Below, piece after piece: positions 35,490 to 46,763 of a stretch of DNA of 64,000 nucleotides. Source of the stretch: Pseudobdellovibrionaceae bacterium (GTDB lineage: Bacteria; Bdellovibrionota; Bdellovibrionia; Bdellovibrionales; Bdellovibrionaceae); NCBI GenBank assembly GCA_039810425.1, contig JBDHWW010000017.1:1-64000 (forward strand), given 5' to 3'. The notes below the pieces were generated by a model. The model saw only the letters and a list, made by a program, of their open reading frames with translations. It made no database searches and was not told where the DNA came from. Numbering within the stretch: position 1 is the stretch's first letter; each line of letters opens with the position of its first letter. Made by a program: the position numbers and the translations under genes.

Positions 35490-36581
35490 ATGAAAGCAAC
35501 TCAGTGGTTAAAAAATGATGTTCTGCCTCTTTGGTTGGCAAGGGGCATTGATGCTTCCAACGGTGGCTTTATCGAAGCACTTTCTTTCGTGGACGGCTCG
35601 CCGCTTGATTTACCTCGGCGGGCCATGGTGCAAGCACGTCAGATTTACAGCCTCCGCACCGCTGGCGACCTGGGCCTCCTCGAGAAAAAACACACCCAAG
35701 ACATCATTGCGCGCGCCACGGAGTTTTTGCTGAATCACTACTCGTTGCCGTCGGGGGCTTTCATTCACTCGGTTTCGCCAAAGGGTCTTCCTGAAAATAG
35801 AACCCCGGATTTGTACGGTCAGGCATTTGCGTTGTTTGGCCTGGCGCATAGTTATGCGATGAATCCGGTGCCGGAACTTGAAGAGCGGGCAAAGGCTTTG
35901 GTGAATTATTTGAACACGGACCGATTGCTGCCACAAGGCGGATTCACAGAGCTGGGCTCCGCAGGCGTGCTGTACGAAGCCAATCCCCTGATGCACTTGT
36001 TTGAAGCAGCGATGGCGTGGATGACAGTCAGTCAGGATCCTGTGTGGAGAAATCTCGCGGAGCCGATTCTGGATTTATGCCTGACGAAATTCATCGATGC
36101 CAAGACGGGGGGGCTGAGCGAGCACTTTGACGCCCTCTGGTCGCCGGTGCGGCAAGAGCGCGGCTCGGTGCTCGAGCCCGGTCACCACTACGAGTGGTCG
36201 TGGCTTATGTCGAAATACGAAAAACTCACGGGGGTGGATCTCGGCCGCGTGCGGGGGAAGCTGTTTGAGTTGTCAGAAAAATTTGGTGTCTGTCCAGAGC
36301 GCAAGGTCGTGTATGATGAGCTCTGGAGTGACTTTAGCCCGAAGACCAAGTCATCGCGTTTTTGGACTCAATGTGAGCGCATCAAATGTGCGGCGGACCG
36401 TGGCGCTTTCCCGGAGGCCACCGAGGCTATGGAAGCATTGACGCTATTCTTCGAAACACCTGTGAAGGGTTTGTGGCTTGACCGTATGACCGAGGATAAA
36501 TCGTTTAAGGGCGAAAATGCCAAGGCAAGTTCGCTTTACCACATCATCGGTGCCATTGCTGAATACCAGAACTATGTCTAA
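35490..36581 (+). CDS. AGE-family epimerase/isomerase
   Basis: VQARQIY, NPLMHLFEA, EPGHHYEW, YHI motifs. Confidence 0.9.
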   Translation: MKATQWLKNDVLPLWLARGIDASNGGFIEALSFVDGSPLDLPRRAMVQARQIYSLRTAGDLGLLEKKHTQDIIARATEFLLNHYSLPSGAFIHSVSPKGLPENRTPDLYGQAFALFGLAHSYAMNPVPELEERAKALVNYLNTDRLLPQGGFTELGSAGVLYEANPLMHLFEAAMAWMTVSQDPVWRNLAEPILDLCLTKFIDAKTGGLSEHFDALWSPVRQERGSVLEPGHHYEWSWLMSKYEKLTGVDLGRVRGKLFELSEKFGVCPERKVVYDELWSDFSPKTKSSRFWTQCERIKCAADRGAFPEATEAMEALTLFFETPVKGLWLDRMTEDKSFKGENAKASSLYHIIGAIAEYQNYV

Positions 36582-36693
36582 GGTGGGGTTTTGCGCCTCG
36601 ACGGATTGCGTAAGTCCTGCTAAGGATTGAGCTTTCAGCTGATTTTCATTAAGATGAATTCGCAAAAAAAAATCACTGAAATGAGGCTCAACC

Positions 36694-38964
36694 ATGGCAG
36701 CAAGAATCGAGACCACACCTGAGATGGTCAAAAATGTGTATGCAAAATCTAAAGAACGTTTGGCGATCGTTCGCAAGCGTTTGAACCGACCTCTGACTTT
36801 GGCTGAAAAAATTGTTTTCGGTCACTTGGATGATCCGCAAAATCAAGAACTCGTTCGGGGTTCTTCTTTCTTGCAACTTCGTCCGGACCGCGTAGCGATG
36901 CAAGATGCGACGGCGCAAATGGCGATTCTGCAATTCATGCTCGCGGGTAAAGAAGAAGCCGCCGTTCCTTCAACAGTTCACTGCGATCACTTGATTCAAG
37001 CTTACCACGGTAAAGCAGAAGACATGGCTGCTTCCAACAAGGTCAACGCGGAAGTTTTTGACTTCCTTGCCACCGCGACGTCTCGCTATAACATCGGCTT
37101 CTGGAAACCAGGCGCGGGGATCATTCACCAAGTCATCCTTGAGAACTACGCGTTCCCAGGGGGCTTGATGATCGGGACGGACTCTCACACTCCGAACGCG
37201 GGGGGATTGGGTATGTGCGCCGTGGGTGTTGGTGGTTCCGATGCATCTGACGTGATGTCGGGTCTTGCCTGGGAAGTTAAAAATCCAAAACTCATTGGGG
37301 TTCATTTAAAAGGTAAAATGAACGGCTGGACTTCCGCAAAAGACGTTATTTTGAAGCTTTGCGGAATGCTGACGGTCAAAGGCGGCACTGACAAAATCGT
37401 TGAGTACTTTGGTGAAGGCACGAAATCAATCTCTTGCACAGGTAAAGCAACCATCACAAACATGGGTGCTGAGCTTGGAGCCACGTGCTCTGTCTTCCCG
37501 TATGATGAGCGCATGAAGACTTACTTGAACTCAACAGGCCGCGCGGAGTTGGCGGTGGTTGCGGACCAAAACATGGACGTCCTGACTGCCGACGCGGACG
37601 TGTTTGCGGATCCTAAGAAATTCTATGATGAAGTTTACGAAATCGATTTGGCCGCTTTGGAGCCGCACTTGGTGGGGCCTCACTCTCCAGATATTGCCCG
37701 TCCGATTTCGGCGATGGCAAAGGAAGCAAAAGAAAAAGGCTGGCCGACAAAATTGTCGTCGGCTCTTGTGGGTTCGTGCACGAACTCTTCTTACGAAGAC
37801 ATAGGTCGTGCGACTTTCGTGGCAAAGCAAGCGCTTGACAGCGGCACTAAGATGCAACAGCCATTTTTAGTCAGCCCAGGTTCTACGCAAATCCAAAACA
37901 CTATCGAGCGTGATGGCCAAATGGCCGTCCTGAACCAGGTAGGCGCGACCGTGTTGGCGAACGCTTGTGGCCCTTGCATTGGTCAATGGAAACGGGACGA
38001 CGTGAAAAGCGGCGAGAAGAACACCATCGTGACTTCTTTTAACCGCAACTTCCGCGGCCGCAATGACTCGAACGCGGAGACTTTGGCATTCATCGGCTCT
38101 CCGGAGTTGGTCATGGCGTTGGGTTTGGCTGGTCGGTTGGATTTCAATCCTATGACTGAAGAGCTTGAAACCCCAAAAGGCAAAATCAAATTGAAAGCAC
38201 CGGAGGCTCCGGAGCTTCCGGCAAAAGGTTTTGTACCGGACACGGAAGGCTACCAAAAACCGCAAGGCCGTGAAGCGAAAGTGGCTGTGAGTCCGACGTC
38301 GGATCGCTTGCAGTTGTTGCAACCATTCACCAAGTGGGATGGCAAAGACTTCGTAGATCAACTCGTGGTTGCAAAGGCAAAAGGCAAGTGTACGACAGAT
38401 CATATCAGCCCGGGCGGTCCTTGGCTGAAGTACCGTGGTCACTTGGACAATATCTCTAACAACATGCTTTTGGGGGCGGATAACGCGTTCACCGGTGAAA
38501 TCGGTAAGGGTAAAAACCAACTCACCGGCCAAACGGGTCAAGAGTTCGCAAAAATCGCCCGTGAATACCAGAAAGCACACAGGGGCTGGGTGATCATCGG
38601 TGATGAAAATTACGGTGAAGGTTCTTCTCGTGAGCATGCGGCGATGTCTCCAAGATTCTTGGGTTGTACTGCGGTTGTGACGAAATCTTTTGCCCGTATC
38701 CACGAGACGAACTTGAAAAAGCAAGGCGTGTTGGCGTTGACGTTTGCAAACCCTGCCGACTACGACAAGATCAAAGAAGACGATCATGTTTCATTGGTCG
38801 ACTTGGCGTCCATGGCTCCTGGCAAAAATATCAAAATGGAAATCAAGCATAAAGAGGGCGCTAAAGAGATGATCGAGTTGAAGCACAGCTATATCGCTGA
38901 GCAAATCAACTGGTTTAAAGCAGGTTCTGCATTGAACCTGATCCGCGCCGCTAATAAAGCGTAG
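36694..38964 (+). CDS. acnA: Aconitate hydratase (short, mitochondrial-like type)
   Basis: [54 protein letters not shown]. Confidence 0.95.
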   Translation: MAARIETTPEMVKNVYAKSKERLAIVRKRLNRPLTLAEKIVFGHLDDPQNQELVRGSSFLQLRPDRVAMQDATAQMAILQFMLAGKEEAAVPSTVHCDHLIQAYHGKAEDMAASNKVNAEVFDFLATATSRYNIGFWKPGAGIIHQVILENYAFPGGLMIGTDSHTPNAGGLGMCAVGVGGSDASDVMSGLAWEVKNPKLIGVHLKGKMNGWTSAKDVILKLCGMLTVKGGTDKIVEYFGEGTKSISCTGKATITNMGAELGATCSVFPYDERMKTYLNSTGRAELAVVADQNMDVLTADADVFADPKKFYDEVYEIDLAALEPHLVGPHSPDIARPISAMAKEAKEKGWPTKLSSALVGSCTNSSYEDIGRATFVAKQALDSGTKMQQPFLVSPGSTQIQNTIERDGQMAVLNQVGATVLANACGPCIGQWKRDDVKSGEKNTIVTSFNRNFRGRNDSNAETLAFIGSPELVMALGLAGRLDFNPMTEELETPKGKIKLKAPEAPELPAKGFVPDTEGYQKPQGREAKVAVSPTSDRLQLLQPFTKWDGKDFVDQLVVAKAKGKCTTDHISPGGPWLKYRGHLDNISNNMLLGADNAFTGEIGKGKNQLTGQTGQEFAKIAREYQKAHRGWVIIGDENYGEGSSREHAAMSPRFLGCTAVVTKSFARIHETNLKKQGVLALTFANPADYDKIKEDDHVSLVDLASMAPGKNIKMEIKHKEGAKEMIELKHSYIAEQINWFKAGSALNLIRAANKA

Positions 38965-38990
38965 CTTTGTTTGGGCAGTTGTGTCCTATT

Positions 38991-39027
38991 AAAGGCCCGT
39001 ACCGCGAAAGCTGTACGGGTTTTTTAT
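38991..39027 (+). terminator. Intrinsic terminator after aconitase
   Basis: GGCCCGTAC-CGC-GAAA-GC-T-GTACGGGTT plus T tract. Confidence 0.8.
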
Positions 39028-39134
39028 TGCGGACAGGACGGATCCCAGGAGCGTTGAGCCATGTGACCATATCTTCATCCCGAGGCGGCATTCCCGTGAC
39101 TTCTCATTTTTAAAATAAGCAAAGGGAGAAGTTT

Positions 39135-39638
39135 ATGTCCAAGGTCATTGCTTTAATATACGCAGACACCCAAATTCCGGCGGAGATTTACACTGAAGTC
39201 CATCGCTTGAAAAATGCCGGGTTCGTGGACTTGATCGACATCACCGAGGTCGAAGTCAAAGACAACGGCAAAATCAAATTCGAGCAAGCCATGACCGTGC
39301 CACTTGTCGGGAGCACGGGGGGGCTTTTTTTGCCGGCCCTCATCGGCATTATTTTTTTTCATCCGCGGCATCTGGTGAACGATACGGTGCAAAGGACTCT
39401 GCAAGAAATTTCACTCGATCAAAATTTTATTGGTACGATGACAACCGACATCTCACCGCGCAACTCAGTGCTCTTTCTGTATGTGAGAAATAGTAATACG
39501 GCACCGCTGATCAGAGCCATGACTGAGCATGGGGGCCGCGCCGTTGAGATGAGCATAAGCGCCGGACAAGAGGACAAGCTCCGCCATCTTTTCAAAGGCC
39601 AGGCCCTGCCGGATTCACAGTACACCATGCATATCTAG
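39135..39638 (+). CDS. DUF1269-like protein (diverged)
   Basis: Same architecture as 28247-28771. Confidence 0.6.
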   Translation: MSKVIALIYADTQIPAEIYTEVHRLKNAGFVDLIDITEVEVKDNGKIKFEQAMTVPLVGSTGGLFLPALIGIIFFHPRHLVNDTVQRTLQEISLDQNFIGTMTTDISPRNSVLFLYVRNSNTAPLIRAMTEHGGRAVEMSISAGQEDKLRHLFKGQALPDSQYTMHI

Positions 39639-39755
39639 TGAAGAAGATGACTTGAGAACCTGAGGCTATCCATAAGGTCATGATGCTAAAAAGAATGAAG
39701 AAGGGGATTGTCCAGTGCGGCCTCCGATGTTTACAATTGGGGCTTGGAGGTTTTC

Positions 39756-40457
39756 ATGAACAAATTGCTTCTTCTTTGTGCGCTTCTCGTGTCGGTCTCT
39801 TCCTACGCGGAGGATAAACTTATTGTGGTCTCAAGTTTTGCTGAAAAGGCAGTTGAGCCGAATATGGTGAATTTGAATGTTGAGGTCTGGAGTAAGGCAA
39901 GCTCCGCAAAGCAGGCGCAGGCTTTGAATGCGGGTGAATTTCAAAAAGTGAAAAAAAGCTTTGATTCTTTCAAAGTGAAAAAAGAAGACATCCAAACGGA
40001 CACTTATTCTCTGAATCCTGAATACGTGTACGACCAGAAAACTCAGCAGAATAAAATGGTCGGATTCCGTGCTTTGCAAATCATGAAAGTCACTTTGCAT
40101 AAGACTGAAGACCTCGGCGCCTTCTTGGATGCGGTGGTTTCTTCGGCATCTAAGGGCGAATCAGGTGTGAATGTGAACTCTATAAGCTGGGACACGGATA
40201 AACGTCAGCAAATCGAATTGTCGGCGTTAACGGATGCGGTGAAAAATGGCCGCGCGAAAGCTGATGAGCTTGCAAAGGCGGCTGGCGTGCGTATTAAGGG
40301 AGTGTCCATGCTCAGCCACGGGGTGAGTTTTTCTGCGCCGCCAATGCCAATGCGTGCAATGAAGTTGATGGAGTCTGACAGGGGAGCTGGCACCGAGGTC
40401 ATGGCTGGCCAAGTGAAAGTCCGCGTCGACGTAACGGCTCAGTACGAAATTCAATAG
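39756..40457 (+). CDS. SIMPL (DUF541) domain periplasmic protein
   Basis: Signal peptide; DIQT..YSLNPEY; AVKNGRAKADELAKAAGV. Confidence 0.88.
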   Translation: MNKLLLLCALLVSVSSYAEDKLIVVSSFAEKAVEPNMVNLNVEVWSKASSAKQAQALNAGEFQKVKKSFDSFKVKKEDIQTDTYSLNPEYVYDQKTQQNKMVGFRALQIMKVTLHKTEDLGAFLDAVVSSASKGESGVNVNSISWDTDKRQQIELSALTDAVKNGRAKADELAKAAGVRIKGVSMLSHGVSFSAPPMPMRAMKLMESDRGAGTEVMAGQVKVRVDVTAQYEIQ

Positions 40458-41018
40458 TTAGTTTGGTTTCGGTGGAATTGGAAGCGGTGGTTGGTTGCTG
40501 CTAGGAGCGTTATTCCAGCAGTAGCCATACACCCGAGGATACATCGGTGCCATCGGACCGTAGTAATCGCTCACCTCGACGTAAAACAATAACAACGGGT
40601 CGTTGGTTTCGTCGATGCGTCCGTATATATTCATTCTTCGCCAAGGTGGTCCATCGATGATTTGCTTAAGTTCCGTAGAGCCCTCTTGAACCACAGAGTG
40701 CTGAAAGAAAGATACGATATTATTATTCAAACTGTAGTCATTGAAAACATCGATGCGTTCATCGCCACCACCAGGAAGCAGCGGGCCGTTATTTCCGTTT
40801 GCCGTGTACTGTAAAGTGCGCACTTTCGTCTGACGGGTCACCATCGGGCTCGCAACATCTGAGAAAATACAATGGTCCCAGACGCCTTCGTCAAAATCTT
40901 GAATCTTCGCTGGTTCGCTGGCGTTGATAAAAGCCTCGCGGAGTGTGTCGAATGGTGATTTCATTTGTGCATGAGCCTGCGTGCTCAATAGTAAAAGCGT
41001 GATGATGATGGCCTTCAT
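40458..41018 (-). CDS. Secreted hypothetical protein
   Basis: AGGAGG RBS; signal peptide ending AHA. Confidence 0.7.
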   Translation of the reverse strand: MKAIIITLLLLSTQAHAQMKSPFDTLREAFINASEPAKIQDFDEGVWDHCIFSDVASPMVTRQTKVRTLQYTANGNNGPLLPGGGDERIDVFNDYSLNNNIVSFFQHSVVQEGSTELKQIIDGPPWRRMNIYGRIDETNDPLLLFYVEVSDYYGPMAPMYPRVYGYCWNNAPSSNQPPLPIPPKPN

Positions 41019-41306
41019 GGTCCCTCCTGGTTGCTTTACAAATTTTTAAACGTCCTTTTTGGGATTGCAAATAAAATGGGTTAGCTCGCGTTTTGGACAC
41101 GCAACGAAATCGTCACTTGTTATTCACCGTGGCGCCGCAACGGCGTTTCCTATGGCCATATGTCTTTTTATGTTGATTTTGAACGGCTTTGCGGCGAATG
41201 CGACACGCACCTGGCCGACCAGGAGAGGCGGTCAGCCCCGGTCCCTCAGTTACGGGGCGTAGAGGTTATCGGAGACGCCCTTGCCAAACATTTATAGGGG
41301 CCGGTT

Positions 41307-42839
41307 CTAAACATCTAAAACTTTGCGAACCTTTTCGAGAAGCGCCTCTTCGGAAAAAGGCTTTTGCAGATAATGGAAGCTTTCCAGTGGTCTCGTATGG
41401 GGGGCCAAGGGATCCCCGAAATAGCCTGACATGTAGATGAACTTGATGTCCTTGTCGAGCTGCGAGGCGCGGCGATAGAGTTCACGACCGCCGATTTTCG
41501 GCATCACCATGTCAGTGATCACGAGGTGAATATTCTTTGGATTTTTCTCTAAAACCTGCAATGCGGCGACCCCGTCTGAGGCCTCCACCACGTCGTAGCC
41601 CTTAGACTCGAGAACTTCGGCAAACAAAGAACGCAGTTCTAAATTGTCTTCGACAAGTAAGATTGTCTCATTGCCGCCGCCACTGGCTTCGGTCGTCACC
41701 GGCGTGCTGGGCGACGATTCACGCTCAAGGGTCTCTGGCAGATAAATTTTGAAAGTCGTACCGCGCCCCACTTCGCTAGACACCGCGATTTCTCCGTTAC
41801 TTTGTCGAACTATTCCGTAGATGATCGAGAGCCCCAGTCCCGTGCCGTCTTTCGCCAACTTGGTGGTGAAGAACGGCTCGAAGATGCGGGTCATGATTTC
41901 TTTAGTCATACCATGGCCTGTATCAGTGGCCTCAAGAACAACGTAGTTCCCAGTCAGAAATTCCGCTCCGACAAGTTGGGGTTCTGAAAAATGAACATTG
42001 GAAGCTGAAAAGCACATGCGTCCACCATCAGGCATCGCATCACGGGCATTCACGGCAAGGTTCATGATGACTTGTTCAATTTGTCCACGATCCGCTTTTA
42101 TATTGAACAGACTGTGAAAGGCATCAATCTCAAGTTCAACGGATTCGCCGACCAGTCTTTGCAGCATATCTTGTATGTCTTGCAGGACGTGACTGAGGTT
42201 CATAACGCTCGCAGTTCCGGATTGCTTGCGGCTAAAAACCAGCAACTGCTTTGTCAGGGACACTGAGCGGTTTTGCACGCTGAGGATTTTGTCGACGTAG
42301 TAGTTCACTTGCGGATTGCTGAACTCTTTCAGTTTGCGGCAGTAGATTTGCACAACAGAAAGCATATTGTTGAAATCGTGGGCAACTCCGCCGGCCAGTT
42401 GACCAACGGCCTCCATTTTCTGCATGTGGCGAAGCTGTTCCTCGGTGTCGTGCAGCCGCGCGCGTTTTTGCTTGGCTTGAAGTTCGCGGCGAATCGCGTG
42501 CATCAGACGGCTCGTTTTACTTTTCAAAACGTAGTCACTGGCGCCGGCCCGCATGAGGTCGACGGCCGCCTCTTCGCCGATTGTTCCTGATACAATAATC
42601 AACGGAATGTCGATGCCCGTCGACTTCAGGGTTTCCAGAGCCGCCATGCCCGAAAATTGCGGCATCGAAAAATCAGAAAGGACGATATCCCAGGGCTGTT
42701 TGAGGCATTCCAGCATCGCGTCGCGGGTCTCGACGCGACAATCCTCGACAGGAGAGAATTCTTTCTTCAACTCTCGCACGAGTAAATCGAAATCATCGAG
42801 TGAATCTTCAACTATCAATACTTTCAACGACTCTGGCAC
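41307..42839 (-). CDS. Hybrid histidine kinase (REC-HisKA-HATPase-REC)
   Basis: VAHDFNN, NLAVNARDAM, FEPFFTTK, GTGLGL, two receiver domains. Confidence 0.93.
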   Translation of the reverse strand: MPESLKVLIVEDSLDDFDLLVRELKKEFSPVEDCRVETRDAMLECLKQPWDIVLSDFSMPQFSGMAALETLKSTGIDIPLIIVSGTIGEEAAVDLMRAGASDYVLKSKTSRLMHAIRRELQAKQKRARLHDTEEQLRHMQKMEAVGQLAGGVAHDFNNMLSVVQIYCRKLKEFSNPQVNYYVDKILSVQNRSVSLTKQLLVFSRKQSGTASVMNLSHVLQDIQDMLQRLVGESVELEIDAFHSLFNIKADRGQIEQVIMNLAVNARDAMPDGGRMCFSASNVHFSEPQLVGAEFLTGNYVVLEATDTGHGMTKEIMTRIFEPFFTTKLAKDGTGLGLSIIYGIVRQSNGEIAVSSEVGRGTTFKIYLPETLERESSPSTPVTTEASGGGNETILLVEDNLELRSLFAEVLESKGYDVVEASDGVAALQVLEKNPKNIHLVITDMVMPKIGGRELYRRASQLDKDIKFIYMSGYFGDPLAPHTRPLESFHYLQKPFSEEALLEKVRKVLDV

Positions 42840-42906
42840 TTTTCACTCTTTTCAATTGAAACCTAAACACCAATAGTTTATACACAGCAGGATTGGAGAA
42901 TCAAGG

Positions 42907-44994
42907 TTGACTCAAAAAAATAGCAAAAATAATTTTCAAGACGAAACAGAGGCGACTCATCGTTCACCCTCGTCCTCGTTCCGTCGTCTTGCGGGATATT
43001 TTTTAGTTCTTGTATCAGGGCTCATATTTTTCGGCTGGTCGCTGCACATTCCAGCTCTCATTACGGTCAGAGAGACTTGGCCTCCTGTCGCGCCCTTGGC
43101 GGCGCTTAACTTTTTTTGCATTGGCATTTTGCTGGTGATAATGCCAGGCCCTCTCCAGCGGGCCGAGGTAGTTAAAGAAAAATTTATTCTCGGCCTTTCC
43201 GTCGCGGTGTTACTCACGAGCGCCATGATCTTAGGGCGCTATCTCTTGCGCTTGGAAACTCCCTCCATTGATATTTTAGTGTTTAAAGATTCAGCAAAGA
43301 AAATGGGTCTTGAATACAAAGGCCTCATGGCTCCGGCGACGGCGCTGAATTTTCTCTTGTCGTCTTTTTGGTTTATTGCGGATTTCGCGAAACCACGATT
43401 TGAAATCTTAAAATCGGTTGTTTCCTTGTTTGTGCTGGCGCTCGCAATGTTGATGCTTGGGGCTTATGCCTATGGAGCTTCGACGCTGTATGAACTGCCG
43501 GTTTTTCTAAAGATGTCTGCGGCGACAGCGACGATGTTCCTGGTGATGGGTTTGGGGCTTATCAGCGCCGATCCACCCTTTGGCTTTCATTGGCAATCGC
43601 CGATCCGGTTTTGGCAGGATAAGAACACGGTCCGAGAGCGTCCTCTATACGCCAGTCTTCTCGTGGTGTTCTCTGTGTTTATCATCGCGGGGATTGCGAC
43701 CAGCCAGAGCTTGAACCGTCTGATCGGCACCATTCAAGGCGTGACGGAAACACAGGCGCATATCCAAGAGCTAGATCGTCTGATGATGGGATTGTTGAAT
43801 GCGGAGTCCGGGCAGCGCGGATTTTTACTGACAGGAAAAGAGGAGTACCTCGATCCGTATTTTGAAGGGGTGCTGGAGTATCATCAGGCCCGCGAGGGGC
43901 TGATTGAATGGATTCATCAAAATCCGCAGTATCGGGAGCCCTTCAAAGCCATCGAGGATTCGGCCGCCGCCAAGTTGCACGAACTCAGTGAGACCGTCAG
44001 GCAGCGGAGGGCCCAGGGCCTTGCCGTTGCCAATAAAGCGGCGCACTCGGATGTCGGGCAGAGTGCCATGGTGAATATTCGTGAACGCATTCAATTTATT
44101 AAAAATGATCAGTTGCGATTGCTGTCAGAGCAGAAAGACGAAAACCGCCGTCAAACAGCGAATACCATCAGCTCTATCACCGTCGGCAGTTTACTGGCAA
44201 CGGTCTTGTTGCTGGCCTGCTTGAACTTGTATATGCGTAACAGTCTCAAGCGCAGCCGGGTTGAAGAAGAAGTTCGCCATTTGAATACGGCCCTTGAGGG
44301 TAAACTGCATGAAATTGAAGTTGTAAATAAAGAGCTCGAATCTTTCTCGTACTCGGTGTCGCACGACTTACGGGCACCTTTGCGAGCCATGGCGGGGTTT
44401 AGCAATATCCTCGTTGAAGACTACAAAGATAAAATCGACGAAGCCGGCCGTGGGTATCTGCTCCGGATTATCGCGGCGTCGGATCGCATGGCTCGCTTGA
44501 TTGATGGCATTTTGGATCTTTCGAGAATTTCGCGCCGCCAAGTGCGCCGCGAAGATGTCGATCTGTCAACCATAGCAGAACAAGTCGTGGCGGAGCTGAG
44601 GGCTATAGAGCCTGAGCGTCCAGCCGAGGTGCTGATACAGCCTCAGCTGAAAGTGCGCGGTGATGTCGATTTGATCGGTGCGCTGATGCAAAATCTTTTA
44701 GGGAACGCCTGGAAATTTACATCAAAAAAGAATTTCACGCGGATTCACTTTGGGGCGACCATCAAAGATGGCCTGACCGTTTTCTTTGTTCGCGACAACG
44801 GCGCAGGTTTTGATATGGCTTACGCTGAGAAACTTTTCGGGACATTCCAGCGCCTGCACACGGAGGTGGATTTTAAGGGCACCGGTGTCGGACTCGCGAC
44901 GGTCCGCCGGATTGCGCACCTTCATGGCGGCGAAGTCTGGGCGGAGGGCGCTGTCAATCAAGGTGCCACGTTTTATTTTACTTTAGGCTCATAG
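42907..44994 (+). CDS. Membrane sensor histidine kinase with CHASE3 domain
   Basis: AESGQRGFLLTG..EYLDPY (CHASE3); SVSHDLRAPLR; NLLGNAWKF. Confidence 0.93.
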   Translation: MTQKNSKNNFQDETEATHRSPSSSFRRLAGYFLVLVSGLIFFGWSLHIPALITVRETWPPVAPLAALNFFCIGILLVIMPGPLQRAEVVKEKFILGLSVAVLLTSAMILGRYLLRLETPSIDILVFKDSAKKMGLEYKGLMAPATALNFLLSSFWFIADFAKPRFEILKSVVSLFVLALAMLMLGAYAYGASTLYELPVFLKMSAATATMFLVMGLGLISADPPFGFHWQSPIRFWQDKNTVRERPLYASLLVVFSVFIIAGIATSQSLNRLIGTIQGVTETQAHIQELDRLMMGLLNAESGQRGFLLTGKEEYLDPYFEGVLEYHQAREGLIEWIHQNPQYREPFKAIEDSAAAKLHELSETVRQRRAQGLAVANKAAHSDVGQSAMVNIRERIQFIKNDQLRLLSEQKDENRRQTANTISSITVGSLLATVLLLACLNLYMRNSLKRSRVEEEVRHLNTALEGKLHEIEVVNKELESFSYSVSHDLRAPLRAMAGFSNILVEDYKDKIDEAGRGYLLRIIAASDRMARLIDGILDLSRISRRQVRREDVDLSTIAEQVVAELRAIEPERPAEVLIQPQLKVRGDVDLIGALMQNLLGNAWKFTSKKNFTRIHFGATIKDGLTVFFVRDNGAGFDMAYAEKLFGTFQRLHTEVDFKGTGVGLATVRRIAHLHGGEVWAEGAVNQGATFYFTLGS

Positions 44995-45005
44995 GGAGAT
45001 CACAC

Positions 45006-45455
45006 ATGCCAGAATCACTGAAGAAATCAAAATACATTTTGCTTGTTGAAGATAACAAAGATGACGAAGATCTCACGGTACGGGCCCTTCGTAAGGGCAA
45101 TATCAGCAATGACATCCAAGTTGTGCGCGATGGCGCCGAGGCTTTGGACTATCTCTTTGCCCAAGGTGCCTACGTCGGCCGCGATGTCACTCAGCGCCCG
45201 CAGGTGGTGTTGCTGGATTTGAAGCTACCGAAAATTAGCGGTATGGAGGTGCTTAAAAAGATCCGTGAAACGGAGTCTACCAAATCCTTGCCGGTCGTGA
45301 TTCTGACGTCTTCGCGTGAAGAGAGGGATTTGCTGAACGGCTACCAGCTTGGAGCCAACAGTTACATCTGTAAGCCCGTGGATATGAATCAGTTCACGGT
45401 CGCGATCCAGCAACTGGGCCTGTATTGGCTGGTTTTGAACGAGACGCTGACCTAA
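45006..45455 (+). CDS. Single-domain response regulator
   Basis: LLVEDN, LLDLKLP, GANSYICKP. Confidence 0.93.
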   Translation: MPESLKKSKYILLVEDNKDDEDLTVRALRKGNISNDIQVVRDGAEALDYLFAQGAYVGRDVTQRPQVVLLDLKLPKISGMEVLKKIRETESTKSLPVVILTSSREERDLLNGYQLGANSYICKPVDMNQFTVAIQQLGLYWLVLNETLT

Positions 45456-45651
45456 AACCAGACCTTAAAGAGTTAACCTTTTACGACGCCCCTGCTGTCT
45501 TTCTGAGAAGAGGGGGTTTTATGACGGTTACAGAGTCTATCGTCTTTCGAGTTTCACTGTTTTTACTGGCAGTCATGGTCGTGACAGCTTGTACGACCAC
45601 GGGGCCGACAACCGAAGGGCGCCGCCCGCAATCGACAGGATATAACCGGCC

Positions 45652-46212
45652 TTAGTGGGTTTCCGCCGCAGCGGGGGCCGCGTATGGAAACAAGTACGTG
45701 GTCGTCATCGTCTTTTCTGAATGAATCACATAGATTTCAATGACAGCGCCATCCAAGGCCCATTGGCGGTCTTTCAAATAGGTCTCGGCCTTCGGGTAGA
45801 CTTTAATCGGTCCGATCCCTGGCGAGCCTTCAAACACGGCTTGAACATATTTACGGCGTGGAATCTCACGGGATTTAAATCCTTCCGGAAGGTTTGCCGG
45901 AAGTTCTTTGACGATACAGCCACCGCGGCTTCTGAGGCGCTCCTCTTCAACCACATTCGCGTCGTCAATGTATTCGCCGAAAGATTCCGTGCAGTCGATG
46001 TTGTTGGACTTCGCCCACTTTTCAACTTCTTCGATGGTTGTCACGATTTTGTGATAAGAGCCCGTGTGGTCTTTGTAAATCATTTTCATCGGGCCCTGCT
46101 CGGTCTCCGTGATGTCAACGGATTTAAAAGCGCCGAGGTAGTAAAACAACCATATGGCGATAGTGACAACGACAAGAAGGACGGCGATTAAAAAGCTTCT
46201 TAATAATTTCAT
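45652..46212 (-). CDS. GyrI-like small-molecule-binding domain protein with N-terminal anchor
   Basis: HTGSYHKI, YIDD, IEIY patterns. Confidence 0.7.
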   Translation of the reverse strand: MKLLRSFLIAVLLVVVTIAIWLFYYLGAFKSVDITETEQGPMKMIYKDHTGSYHKIVTTIEEVEKWAKSNNIDCTESFGEYIDDANVVEEERLRSRGGCIVKELPANLPEGFKSREIPRRKYVQAVFEGSPGIGPIKVYPKAETYLKDRQWALDGAVIEIYVIHSEKTMTTTYLFPYAAPAAAETH

Positions 46213-46213
46213 A

Positions 46214-46762
46214 TTACAACCACTTTATTGAACAGCCCATTGAAGGGTTTTGTTGTTGTGGAGCCGATTGGCCCTCGGCGAGGAGTTTAACAGCTTCATA
46301 TAATTCACGTTTTTTTACTTTGCCGGCGTCTTTCCATGAATCATCCAAACGGCCGCGGTAGGCGAGTTGATGATTTTTATCATAGACGAAGAAATCCGGC
46401 GTGCACAAGGCGCCGAATTTTTTTGCCACCTCCTGCGTTTTATCGTGCAGGTATACGAACGGATATTTTTTCTCTTCGGCGCGCTTTCTGAGATTCGCGA
46501 GGTTATCCTCTGGATAGGTTTCCTCGTCGTTAGCGCAAATCGCAATCACCGGAACTTGGAGCGCCTTGAGGTCGATGCCCAGTTGAATGAGGCGGTCTTC
46601 CACCGCTTGCACATAGGGGCAGTGATTGCAGATGAACATCACCACCAGCGGAGTTCCTTGGCCGAAATCTTTGAGCGAGTAGCTGTTGCCCTGAACGGAA
46701 TTCAATGTGAAGTCAGGTATGCCGCGACCCATATCCGGAAGCGGAGTGATCGTTGTCGCCAT
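46214..46762 (-). CDS. Thioredoxin-like/AhpC-TSA family protein
   Basis: FICNHCPYV, ALCTPDFF, YRGRLDD, SMGCSIKW. Confidence 0.92.
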   Translation of the reverse strand: MATTITPLPDMGRGIPDFTLNSVQGNSYSLKDFGQGTPLVVMFICNHCPYVQAVEDRLIQLGIDLKALQVPVIAICANDEETYPEDNLANLRKRAEEKKYPFVYLHDKTQEVAKKFGALCTPDFFVYDKNHQLAYRGRLDDSWKDAGKVKKRELYEAVKLLAEGQSAPQQQNPSMGCSIKWL

Positions 46763-46763
46763 C

